NCBI GenBank assembly: GCA_963723615.1
Contig: CAVRRV010000020.1
Coordinates: 8,884-72,883, forward strand
DNA from: an uncultured Actinomycetota bacterium
GTDB lineage: Bacteria > Actinomycetota > Actinomycetes > Mycobacteriales > Mycobacteriaceae
Length of the DNA stretch: 64,000 nucleotides
Direction of reading: 5' to 3'
Below are positions 7,887 to 16,361 of this stretch, in pieces. Below the pieces are notes generated by a model. That model was not told the origin of the DNA and did not search any database. It saw only the letters and a program-made list of their open reading frames with translations. Within the stretch, counting starts at the first letter, position 1, and each line of letters opens with the position of its first letter. The translations under genes were made by a program, and so were the position numbers.

Positions 7887-10301
7887 CTAACCCGACGTGC
7901 GCTGTCTGCCGACGATGTCGCCAAACACGTACGCGTCGTGTTCGCCCAGATCGGGCGCGCCGTGCTCGATCAGGGCCTCATCGGTCGACATTTTCCAGGG
8001 TGCGCCCAACACCGGGCGTTGGCCCTCCCGGTGGTCGCTGACGAATCGGTAGCACTCGCGGGCCCAGAGGCGTTCGTCGGCGATCACGTCGGGCGCAGTG
8101 GCGCTCTTGCCGGCCGGTATCCCCGCGCACTGCAATCGGCGCACCAGGTCGTCCACATCGTGACCGGCGGTGAGCAGTGACAGCTCGGCGTCCAGCGCCT
8201 CGGCGCGAGTGAGCCGGCCGCTCGCGGTGGCGTACTCGTTAGTCAACGACGTTGCAGCGCCGAGGATCTCGCACAAGCGTCGCCATTGATCGTCGTCCAC
8301 GACGGCCAGGCTGAGCCAGCTTCCGTCGGCGCACGGATAACACCCGTATGGGGCCATGTCGGGATGATAGTTCCCGTCCGGCTGCGGGCAAACGCCCGTG
8401 AGGGCGTGCTCGAGCAGGCTGTCGCCGATCATGCTCGACAGCGTCTCCACTGCCGACACGTCGACGAACTGGCCCTCGCCGGTGGCTTCGCGGTGCAGCA
8501 ACGCGGCGAGCGCGCCGAATGCGGCGGCCGCGCCGACCGTCGAGTCGCCGTAGCGCATGTTGGCTCCGAGCGGACCACCTCCGCGGTAACCGACGAGCGC
8601 CGAGAGACCGGAGAGCGCGGCGAAGCTCGGTGCGTATCCGGTTTGGTAACCCAGCGGCCCATCGTTGCCCCACATCTTGATCGACACCGAGATGATGTCA
8701 GGTTTGATGGCCGCGAGGTCCGTGTAGCCGAGGCCTTGGCGTTCCATCGCCCCGGGCCGCAGGTTGTTGATGACGATATCGCTTTCGGCGATCAGGTCGC
8801 GCAGCCGTCCCATTCCCACAGGGGACTTGATGTCCAGGTCGACGCTGAGGATCTCGGGGTTGATCGACAGGAAGAACGGCGCGTGGTTGACGTCGGTGCC
8901 GCCGTAGACGCGCATCTCCTCGGGGCTCGCCGAACATTCGACTTTGATCACCTCGGCGCCGAGGAACGCCAACAACTTGCCCGTGTACGGGCCCGCCCAG
9001 ACCTTCGTCAGTTCGACGACCCGGACCCCTTCGAGCGGCCCGCCGCGGGCGCGGCCCGGCCGCCTGCGTTGGGGGGACACCACGGTCGGGAGGTTCGGCG
9101 ACCAGCCGGGGTGTTCGGTGTGCGCGCCGAGTGCCGGTGCGGGGCTGACGATTTCGACCGGCGACGCGCTGAGGCGGTACGGCACCGTGGGATGAACGAC
9201 GGTGCCGAGCACCGGATGGTCCACCTCCTGGAAGAAGCCGCGATGGCAGTACTGAGCCGACGCTCGCAGGTCGGCCGCATCGTTCACGGGCACCAGCGGC
9301 ACACCCAGCCGCTGGGCCTCCTCGGAGGCCGGCACCCGCGGTTGGTCGGCAATCCACTGCGCGAAGCCGCGGCGAAAAGTCGCCACCTTTTCGCGGGTCA
9401 CGGAGAATTCCAGCCAGTCGTCGTCGAACTCGTCAAGCCATCCGGGACGCCCCAGCAATTGCTTGACCGCGAGCCAATGGCTGCGATTGGTCATGTACAG
9501 ATACACGTGACCGTCGGCGCACGTGAAGAAAGAGGCGGGACCCTGCTGGTCGTAGTCCTCCCTGGTGCCCTCTGGGGCGATCTCGCCGGTGACGAACCGT
9601 CCGATCACGCAGTCGGCCCTCGATGCCATGACTGCCTGCTCGGAGATGTCGACGAACCGTCCCGGTCTGCCGTGCAGCAGGCCGTACAGGGACGCGCTGA
9701 CGCACAGGGCGGCATCCAACGCGGCCTCGTAGTCGACCAGGAACCGTCCCGGACCCTTCAACGGCGGAGTGCCGGGGTCGGCGTGGCTGGGCGTGTGATA
9801 ACCCCAGCCACTTTCGTGAAAGACGTTGATGTTCTGCGCATTCCACGTCTCCGCTGGCGCGTCGCAGCCGTACGGGGTGATCGAGCAGAACACCGTGCCG
9901 GGGTGACGCTGCTCGACCTGGCCCGGCGATATGCCCAGCCGCGCAAGCCAAGCGGGGTTGTGGTCGTCGATGACGGCGTGCGCGCCGGCGATGAGTCCGT
10001 GCAGCCGGTCGGCCCCGGCCGCGGTGTTCAGGTCACACACCGCCGACCGCTTGTTGGTGTTCAGATAGGCGAACAATCCGCTGCGCTCGGGTTCGGGGCC
10101 CGACCCGATCAAAGGATGCATCGATCGGGTCGGGCTTCCGGTGCCCGGGCGTTCGACCTTGATGACGTCGGCGCCGAAGTCGGCCAACAGTTTTCCGCAG
10201 TACTCACCGGCCGGTGATTCGGCTATTTCGACGATACGGAAGCCATGCAACGCCGACACGGTGGTCAGGGCTTGCTGCGGCCCGAGCGGCTCAGCCGCCA
10301 C
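7887..10301 (-). CDS. Tandem two-domain family III (CaiB/BaiF) CoA-transferase; likely start GTG 10259
   Basis: Two repeats of GxRV/IVE...AG.Y.GKLLAxxGAxVIKVE; N-domain YLNTNKRS and C-domain INPEILS; candidate catalytic Asp in VDYEAA and GDSTVG. Confidence 0.92.
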   Translation of the reverse strand: MAAEPLGPQQALTTVSALHGFRIVEIAESPAGEYCGKLLADFGADVIKVERPGTGSPTRSMHPLIGSGPEPERSGLFAYLNTNKRSAVCDLNTAAGADRLHGLIAGAHAVIDDHNPAWLARLGISPGQVEQRHPGTVFCSITPYGCDAPAETWNAQNINVFHESGWGYHTPSHADPGTPPLKGPGRFLVDYEAALDAALCVSASLYGLLHGRPGRFVDISEQAVMASRADCVIGRFVTGEIAPEGTREDYDQQGPASFFTCADGHVYLYMTNRSHWLAVKQLLGRPGWLDEFDDDWLEFSVTREKVATFRRGFAQWIADQPRVPASEEAQRLGVPLVPVNDAADLRASAQYCHRGFFQEVDHPVLGTVVHPTVPYRLSASPVEIVSPAPALGAHTEHPGWSPNLPTVVSPQRRRPGRARGGPLEGVRVVELTKVWAGPYTGKLLAFLGAEVIKVECSASPEEMRVYGGTDVNHAPFFLSINPEILSVDLDIKSPVGMGRLRDLIAESDIVINNLRPGAMERQGLGYTDLAAIKPDIISVSIKMWGNDGPLGYQTGYAPSFAALSGLSALVGYRGGGPLGANMRYGDSTVGAAAAFGALAALLHREATGEGQFVDVSAVETLSSMIGDSLLEHALTGVCPQPDGNYHPDMAPYGCYPCADGSWLSLAVVDDDQWRRLCEILGAATSLTNEYATASGRLTRAEALDAELSLLTAGHDVDDLVRRLQCAGIPAGKSATAPDVIADERLWARECYRFVSDHREGQRPVLGAPWKMSTDEALIEHGAPDLGEHDAYVFGDIVGRQRTSG

Positions 10302-11236
10302 TCCGGCGGGAAATTCATGTCGTTGTCCTTGACCACGTTGTTCAGCCCCTTCTCGAACGTGCCCGAGGTGAGGTCGACGTCGTTCTGCTTGTCGTTCTGG
10401 ATCAGTGGCAGCATTCCCTCCACCATTCCGGTCAACAGGCTGCCGAAATACTCACCCTTGTGCTGCTTGTAGAGTTCCAGGAACGTCTTCTGCACCGCGA
10501 CGGTGTCGGTGGGACGGGACTTCGAACAGGCCATTGCGTACTTGAGCGTCTCCGCTTCCAGGTCCTCGCGGGGCACGACGCTGTTGACGAATCCGCAGTC
10601 GTACATCTCCTTGGCACTGAACGGCCGTCCCGTGAACAGCATTTCGGAGAACTTGCGCAGACCCATGGTCTCGGCCCACCACCACAGCCGCGGGCCCCAG
10701 CCGACATACCGGAACGCCGGGTGACCGAACAGCGCATCGTCGGAGGAGATCACCATGTCGGCATCGCCGGCCTGGTAGAAGTGCCAGCCGTAGCAGTAGC
10801 CCTTCGCTTCGATGATGCTGATCTTGCGCAGTTCCTGCAGCGGTCGGTTGCCGGCGCGGGCCTTGGCATAGAAGTCGGTCACCGTTGACAGATAACGGTA
10901 CGAGCCGCCGGGCGGGTACTTGACGTCGTCGTCGTTGATCGCCAGCTCGTGGAGCAGCGGCATTCCGGGATTCTCCAGCATGGGGCGCTGTTCGGGCAGG
11001 TCACCGCCGCTGCCGAAATCCTCTCCCTCCCCGCGTATCACGACGACCTTGACGTCGTCATCGACGTTGCACTTGTGGATGATATCGGCATAGTTCTGCC
11101 GCATGCCAAGGGTGGCCGAGTTCTGCGCGTCGGGCCGATCGAAGGTGATGTAGGCGATGCGGTTCTTGACGTCCTTCTCGAACTTGATGTACTGCTCGGC
11201 TTCCTTCTTCATCTCTTCGTAGTCGAACTCAGGCAT
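10265..11236 (-). CDS. Crotonase/enoyl-CoA hydratase superfamily protein
   Basis: IAYITFDRPDAQNS, FGSGGDL, EMLFTGRPFSAKEMYDCGFVN; GAGGAG RBS before ATG 11236. Confidence 0.88.
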   Translation of the reverse strand: MPEFDYEEMKKEAEQYIKFEKDVKNRIAYITFDRPDAQNSATLGMRQNYADIIHKCNVDDDVKVVVIRGEGEDFGSGGDLPEQRPMLENPGMPLLHELAINDDDVKYPPGGSYRYLSTVTDFYAKARAGNRPLQELRKISIIEAKGYCYGWHFYQAGDADMVISSDDALFGHPAFRYVGWGPRLWWWAETMGLRKFSEMLFTGRPFSAKEMYDCGFVNSVVPREDLEAETLKYAMACSKSRPTDTVAVQKTFLELYKQHKGEYFGSLLTGMVEGMLPLIQNDKQNDVDLTSGTFEKGLNNVVKDNDMNFPPEWRLSRSGRSKP

Positions 11237-11267
11237 GTCGCTCCTCAATTGTTGGTTTGCTGATCCG

Positions 11268-11360
11268 TTAGTTAAGTAGTGCGCCCGCATCAACGGGGAG
11301 TTGTACGCCTGTGACGTAACAGGATTCGTCGGAGTCGAAGAACAGCACGCCGTCACACAT
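11268..11360 (-). pseudogene. C-terminal remnant of an SDR oxidoreductase (30-aa mini-ORF)
   Basis: Reads MCDGVLFFDSDESCYVTGVQLPVDAGALLN*, matching the SDR tail motif AVLFLxSDxxxYxTGxxLPVDAG. Confidence 0.75.
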
Positions 11361-12483
11361 GGTTTGAGCCCACCGCTGCCGGGCTCAGCACGTGTGGACC
11401 ATCATCGCCGATGTGGACGGCATCACGCCGGAATACCGCCCCGACGCCCTCCTGCCACACGTAATTCGTTACCGCCAAGATCATCCCGGAGTCCAGACGC
11501 TCCGCAGCCGCGGTGCGCGGGATGGCCGGCGACACCACCGGCGGGTCAAAGCCCAGCCCCAGGCCGTACGCGACCGGCGTCGCCGGCAGCGGCTCACCGG
11601 CCGCCTCGTAGGCGGCGAACAGATCCGCGGCCGCCGCGCCGGGCCGGCACGCAGCAATCAGGCGTTTGCCCAAGCTATCCGAGCGTCGGTACAGCGCCCG
11701 AATGGCTTGGGTATCGTCGTCGCCCACCACCACCGTCCGGCCTACCTCGCCGACGTACCCGTTAGCCAGCGCGCCGGCGGAAAGCGCAACGAGGTCGCCC
11801 AGCTGCACGCGGCCGTCGCCGTCGGCACGTTGCCAGGGATGGTGACGCGAGGTCACCCAGGCGGCATCCTGGCTGGCGGAGGTCGTTACTCCGCCCGCGG
11901 CCATTGCCTCCAGCACGGCTCCGGCCACCGTCTTCTCAGCCACTCCCGGCGCCAATGTCGCTATGCCAGCGCGCATTCCCGCTTCGGCGGTGCTCATCGC
12001 GGTGCTCATCGCAGCTAATTCCTCGGGCGTCTTGATCCGGCGCGCGGCTCGCATGGCGGGCTCGGCGTTGACGAGTTCGGCGTTGGGAAAGGCGATCGGC
12101 AGCAGCTCGGCGAAGGTCGGCGTGATCGCGTCGGATCCCACGCGCCGAACGGTGCGCGCCCCGTCGATGTCTTTCAGCACCTCGATGAGCTTCATCGGGC
12201 TCCAGGTCAGCCCGTACAGGCGTTCGCGGCCGATCTCCTCGGGGACTCCCTCGTCCCATGTGCTGTTCAAGTGAATTTCGCCGGTGGCACCGTCGAGAAC
12301 GCAGATCGGTGCGAATGGACGGGTGCCCGCCACCCATAGCTGCGGGACGCCGGTGACGTAGCGGACGTTGGCCTGACGCCCCAGCACGACCATGTCCAAG
12401 CCGTGGGCCCGCATCTGAGCCAGTGCGCGTTCGCGGCGGGCGATGCGTAGTGCCCGGTTGTCGGGCGCGGTCTCAGTAACCAT
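11353..12483 (-). CDS. M24 (Xaa-Pro peptidase/creatinase fold) protein, metal ligands degenerate
   Basis: Creatinase N-domain LGRQANVRYVTG and ARRIKTPEEL; ligand positions read S, E, Y, T, D instead of D, D, H, E, E. Confidence 0.85.
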   Translation of the reverse strand: MVTETAPDNRALRIARRERALAQMRAHGLDMVVLGRQANVRYVTGVPQLWVAGTRPFAPICVLDGATGEIHLNSTWDEGVPEEIGRERLYGLTWSPMKLIEVLKDIDGARTVRRVGSDAITPTFAELLPIAFPNAELVNAEPAMRAARRIKTPEELAAMSTAMSTAEAGMRAGIATLAPGVAEKTVAGAVLEAMAAGGVTTSASQDAAWVTSRHHPWQRADGDGRVQLGDLVALSAGALANGYVGEVGRTVVVGDDDTQAIRALYRRSDSLGKRLIAACRPGAAAADLFAAYEAAGEPLPATPVAYGLGLGFDPPVVSPAIPRTAAAERLDSGMILAVTNYVWQEGVGAVFRRDAVHIGDDGPHVLSPAAVGSNHV

Positions 12484-13705
12484 AAGGCGTGTAGGGATAG
12501 TCGGTGATGACCTGGTATCCGTCTTCGGTGATGATCACGATCTCCTCGCTGCGGTAACCGCCGGTGCCGTCCTCCCAGACCACCGGCTCCAGCACCAGCA
12601 CCATGCCGGGCGGGAAGACGAAGTTGTTGTCGAACTCCTCGCCCAGATCCGTTCCGATCATGGGTGTTTCGGCCGGGTAGGTACCGATGCCGTGGCCCAG
12701 GTAGAAATGCGGCAGCCACGGTTTGGTTCCACCATTGGCGGCTATCGCCGCTCGGGCCAGATCGCCAGACGTCGCACCGGCCCGGGTAACGCCCAGTGCG
12801 GCGTCCAGGATGGCGCGCCACTGCGCGAACTGATCCTGCTGGCGTGCTGACGGATTGGCGCCGACCAGCCAGGTCCGGCCGAAGTCCGAGCAGTACCCGC
12901 CGTAGGTAATGCTCACGTCTGTCCACAGCACGTCTCCAGCGCACAGCCGCCGATCCGTCGTCAGTAACGGCAGTGCGAGATCGCCGTGCGTGGTCCATTG
13001 GCCCTCCGCGCGAGAGCGGGGCATCACCTGCCAAATCGCATCCAGCATGTTGGCAGTTGCGCCGAGTTCGAAGGCGCGGCGCACGAAGGTTGCTGACAGG
13101 TCGAGCTGGCTGACGCCGGGCGCCAGCTGCTTCTGTACCTCTGCCATCGTCTGTTCGGTGATACGGCATGCCCGGTGGATGCACGAAATCTCATCTGGCG
13201 TTTTCACCAGCTGGGCCGCCCCGACCACTACGGCAGCTTCCAGCGGTGGCCCACCCGGGAACAGCCGGTCCGACGCGTCGCGCATCGCCCCGGTCATCTC
13301 GTCGACGGCCACGGTCGCCCCCGGCGGGACGAGCTCGGCCATCGTTGTGGCCAAATGCTCTACGCCCTCGTCGAATTCGAGGTACAGCGGGCCGTGGCGA
13401 TGATCCGCCGGCACCTGGAACTCCGCTGAGGCACCTTCGCGGAACGGCATGAACAGGTGCGGGTGCTCGTCGCCGGCCACCATGATGGCCACCGGGCGCT
13501 GCGCATGTGACAGTCCCGCGTCCAGCAGCGGCCAGCTGGCACCGGTCGCGTAGCTGACGTGGCCGTTCATCAGCAGGATCATCGCGTCGACACCGTGGTC
13601 GGCCATGGCCGACCGCAGCCTGGCGCCGACCTCGGAGTACATCCGGGCGAGGTCGGGTGAGTCGGGTATCCACGGCCCGCTCGTCGCCGTAGTGTCCAGT
13701 TTCAT
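12473..13705 (-). CDS. M24 metallopeptidase-family protein
   Basis: WTDV, CSDFGRT, LGHGIG, VLEP, RSEE give a full D-D-H-E-E ligand set. Confidence 0.9.
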   Translation of the reverse strand: MKLDTTATSGPWIPDSPDLARMYSEVGARLRSAMADHGVDAMILLMNGHVSYATGASWPLLDAGLSHAQRPVAIMVAGDEHPHLFMPFREGASAEFQVPADHRHGPLYLEFDEGVEHLATTMAELVPPGATVAVDEMTGAMRDASDRLFPGGPPLEAAVVVGAAQLVKTPDEISCIHRACRITEQTMAEVQKQLAPGVSQLDLSATFVRRAFELGATANMLDAIWQVMPRSRAEGQWTTHGDLALPLLTTDRRLCAGDVLWTDVSITYGGYCSDFGRTWLVGANPSARQQDQFAQWRAILDAALGVTRAGATSGDLARAAIAANGGTKPWLPHFYLGHGIGTYPAETPMIGTDLGEEFDNNFVFPPGMVLVLEPVVWEDGTGGYRSEEIVIITEDGYQVITDYPYTPYGY

Positions 13706-13890
13706 GACAGGCCCAGGAATCGTTTGACGTTGCCGCTGACGATCCGGGCGGCGTCCTGGGGCCCGACCGCGCCGACGACGGCCGACAGTGACTTCTCCGA
13801 GTAGCCGAAGGTGCTTCCGGCGTGGCCGCGGCGGTGCTTGGGCGCGCCGAAACCTCCTGGGGGATACAGGGTATTCGCGTGGGTGGACAT
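13702..13890 (-). pseudogene. Amidohydrolase_2-family gene collapsed in frame to 62 aa (N- and C-termini fused)
   Basis: MSTHANTLYPPGGFGAPKHRRGH joined to STFGYSEKSLSAVVGAVGPQDAARIVSGNVKRFLGLS*; both halves match, from recall, the termini of a roughly 400-aa mycobacterial amidohydrolase. Confidence 0.72.
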
Positions 13891-13902
13891 CGTCGTCCCT
13901 TT

Positions 13903-14070
13903 CTAGAGCAGGCCGGCCAGTTTCAGGTCGTCGAGGTACTTGTTGATGGGCTCTACTGTGACATGCGGTATTTCATGTCCAGAGCGGCGCACTCCGGATC
14001 GGAAGTCCTCGCCGGGCACCGGTGAGCCGGCGGTGGCGGTGGTCAGCGTCAGACCGTCATCGTGGGCCAT
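13903..14070 (-). pseudogene. C-terminal remnant of a carboxylic-acid-reductase/thioester-reductase gene (55-aa mini-ORF)
   Basis: GSPVPGEDFRSGVRRSGHEIPHVTVEPINKYLDDLKLAGLL* resembles the CAR/FadD9 tail (FRAAV...DIPHV...IxKYxxDLxLLGLL*); ATG lies 4 nt after the P450 stop. Confidence 0.65.
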
Positions 14071-14074
14071 CCCG

Positions 14075-15316
14075 CTACCAGACCACGGGCAGTTCGTGCA
14101 GCCCGTAGGCCAGCGCGTCGTGTTTGAACGGGAGTTCGTCGTGGGGAACCGCCAACCGCAGCGTCGGGATGCGACGCAGCAGCGACGGCAGCACGATCTG
14201 TAGCTCCATGCGGGCCAATTGCTGGCCCACGCACTGATGCCTGCCGTAACCGAATCCGACCTGTGGTCCGTCTTGACGCTGCAGATCCAGACGATCCGGC
14301 GCCGGGAACTGGCGCGCATCCCAGTTGGCCGGCGCCACGTCTAGGATGATCCCTTCGCCCGCGCGGATCACTTCCCCGTCCACCTCGATGTCTTCGACCG
14401 CGATGCGCCGCTGGCCCGTCTGAATGATGCTGCAGTAGCGCATCAGTTCCTCGACGGCGGTGGCGATGACTTTCGGGTCCTCGGCGTCGCGCAGGAAGGC
14501 CAATTGGTCGGGGTTCTCCAGCAGCGCCGCGACGCTGACGCTGATCTGCCCGGCGGTGGTCTCGTGCCCGGCGATGAGTACGCCGGTGGCCAGTTGCGCG
14601 GCTTCGCGGTCGGTGATCTCGCCGGCCTTGACGCGTTCGGCCAAATCCGACACCAGGTTTTCGCCTGGGTCGTCCATCTTGATGTGGATGAGTTTCTTGA
14701 TGTATCGGGCCAGCGTCCCAGCGCCTTGGGCGGCGTCTTCTGCGGTGGCGTAGCGGTTCATGCCCCGGTTGGCCTGCTCCTGGAAGAAGTCCGCGTCTTC
14801 GTATGGCACGCCCAGCATTTCGCTGATCACCAGCGAGGGAATCGCCAGGGCGAGGCCTTCGACGAGGTCGGCGGGTTGGGGGCCGGCCAGAATGGCGTCG
14901 ATGTGCTCGTCGGTGATGCGTTGCACCGCGGGCCGCAGCGCCTCGACTCGTTTGAACGTGAAAGGCCGTGAAAGCATCCGGCGATACCGAGTGTGCTCTT
15001 CCGCGTCCGAGGTGAACACCGACCGCGGCCGCTTGTGGACCGTGGACAACATGCCCTCGTTCCAGTGCGGGTAGCCCGGCAGTCGGTCGTCGACGCTGGC
15101 GCGGGCATCGCTGAACAGTGACCGGATGGCTTCGTAACCGGTGATCAGCCAAGGGGTGCTGCCGTCCCAGATGCGGACCCGGCTGAGCTGCTTGGATGCG
15201 TTGAGCTCCAACGCTTTCGGCGGCGGGGCGAAGGGGCAGCCGGCGGCCCGTGTCATCGGGAAGTCGGGGACGTCCGGTGCAGTCTCGCCGGTGCTCCCAG
15301 TGAGCAGGTTCGTCAT
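14075..15316 (-). CDS. Cytochrome P450 (CYP105/107-like)
   Basis: AGHETT I-helix, EELMR ExxR, FGYGRHQCVGQQLAR heme-binding Cys. Confidence 0.97.
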   Translation of the reverse strand: MTNLLTGSTGETAPDVPDFPMTRAAGCPFAPPPKALELNASKQLSRVRIWDGSTPWLITGYEAIRSLFSDARASVDDRLPGYPHWNEGMLSTVHKRPRSVFTSDAEEHTRYRRMLSRPFTFKRVEALRPAVQRITDEHIDAILAGPQPADLVEGLALAIPSLVISEMLGVPYEDADFFQEQANRGMNRYATAEDAAQGAGTLARYIKKLIHIKMDDPGENLVSDLAERVKAGEITDREAAQLATGVLIAGHETTAGQISVSVAALLENPDQLAFLRDAEDPKVIATAVEELMRYCSIIQTGQRRIAVEDIEVDGEVIRAGEGIILDVAPANWDARQFPAPDRLDLQRQDGPQVGFGYGRHQCVGQQLARMELQIVLPSLLRRIPTLRLAVPHDELPFKHDALAYGLHELPVVW

Positions 15317-15365
15317 CGCGCGTTCCCTCGAGTGGACATGATCAGATGTACGGATCGGGTGAAAG

Positions 15366-16040
15366 TCATTGTCGCCTCGGCTTTGGCGCGGAACTGCCCG
15401 CGCGGATTGGGGCCTGCCACACGCCTGTGATCGCGTCGATGAGCCCTTCAGCTGCCAATGGCCATGACGACCGTGCGCGAGGGCCGTGTACTGCCAGGGC
15501 GCCTTCGTGCTCGGCGCACGTATGCATGAGCAGGTTTCGGGCCATCACGATCCGCTCGAAACGGACGCGCTTGGGCAGGTCGGGCATGCACCGAATGATC
15601 CCGTCAATCGTGTGCGCCAACTGTGGAGAGGCCACCGCGTCTTTGGTCACCACGTCCCGATAGTTCGGATCGGCCATGGCCTGTGCGGCAAACCGCGCGT
15701 AGAAGCTGGGAATTCCCAATTCCGCGAGGTGGTCGGTGAGGGGACGCACCAGGGACGCGACCCAGTCGTGAAGTTCGGTGCTGCCGGCGAGCTCAGCGAG
15801 CATCCCCGCCCGCAGCGCCTCGATGGGGGTGCGGTGCTTGCTTTCGATGGCGCGCAGCAGGTCGGTCCTGGTGCCGAAGTGGTAGCACACCGCGGCGTTG
15901 TTTCTCTGTCCGGCCGCATCGCTGATCTGCCGGTTGGATACGGCGTACATGCCCCGCTCGGCGAAGAGCTGTTCAGCAGCTGCCAGCAAGACCTCGCGCG
16001 TGCCCTCGGACCTGTCGCTGCTCAGCGCTACTGCGGTCAC
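15366..16040 (-). CDS. TetR-family regulator
   Basis: TREVLLAAAEQLFAERG...AAVCYHFGTRTDLLRA HTH; GTG 16040 is the likely start. Confidence 0.9.
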   Translation of the reverse strand: MTAVALSSDRSEGTREVLLAAAEQLFAERGMYAVSNRQISDAAGQRNNAAVCYHFGTRTDLLRAIESKHRTPIEALRAGMLAELAGSTELHDWVASLVRPLTDHLAELGIPSFYARFAAQAMADPNYRDVVTKDAVASPQLAHTIDGIIRCMPDLPKRVRFERIVMARNLLMHTCAEHEGALAVHGPRARSSWPLAAEGLIDAITGVWQAPIRAGSSAPKPRRQ

Positions 16041-16066
16041 CGGCTCAGTGAAACATCCTTGAACGG

Positions 16067-16086
16067 AATAAATCAAGCAATTTATT
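16067..16086. promoter_or_regulatory. Palindromic candidate TetR operator
   Basis: AATAAAT-CAAGCA-ATTTATT, a perfect 7-bp inverted repeat just upstream of the TetR start in an AT-rich patch. Confidence 0.5.
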
Positions 16087-16162
16087 TAAGTGGTCGCCGA
16101 CGCTGCAGGAACCTTTCTTAAAGCAGACCTGCGGCTACGCCGCACCGACTGAGGCTCCGCGC

Positions 16163-16193
16163 GCAGGGACCCAGCAGGGACCGGGCAGGGACC
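16163..16193 (+). repeat. Three direct copies of GCAGGGACC at 11-bp period
   Basis: Copies start at 16163, 16174 and 16185. Confidence 0.8.
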
Positions 16194-16361
16194 GGCCACC
16201 AGGCCAGCAAACACCGATTCAGCTGCGCCGCCGCCGACGATTTGGCGATGACCGTTTCTTGGGTCGCGGTGGCGGTATTTACACTGGGAAGTCCGCCTGC
16301 TTGCGAGCTTCACCGACGACTATTTGCGCCTGCTGGCCGTCTGCCATCGCCGCCGTGCCCG

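Noticed and set aside
8286-10217. Long antisense ORFs (also 1017-2402, 40784-42688, 55408-56964)
   Set aside because: Shadow frames opposite well-supported genes, expected in high-GC DNA; no recognisable motifs.
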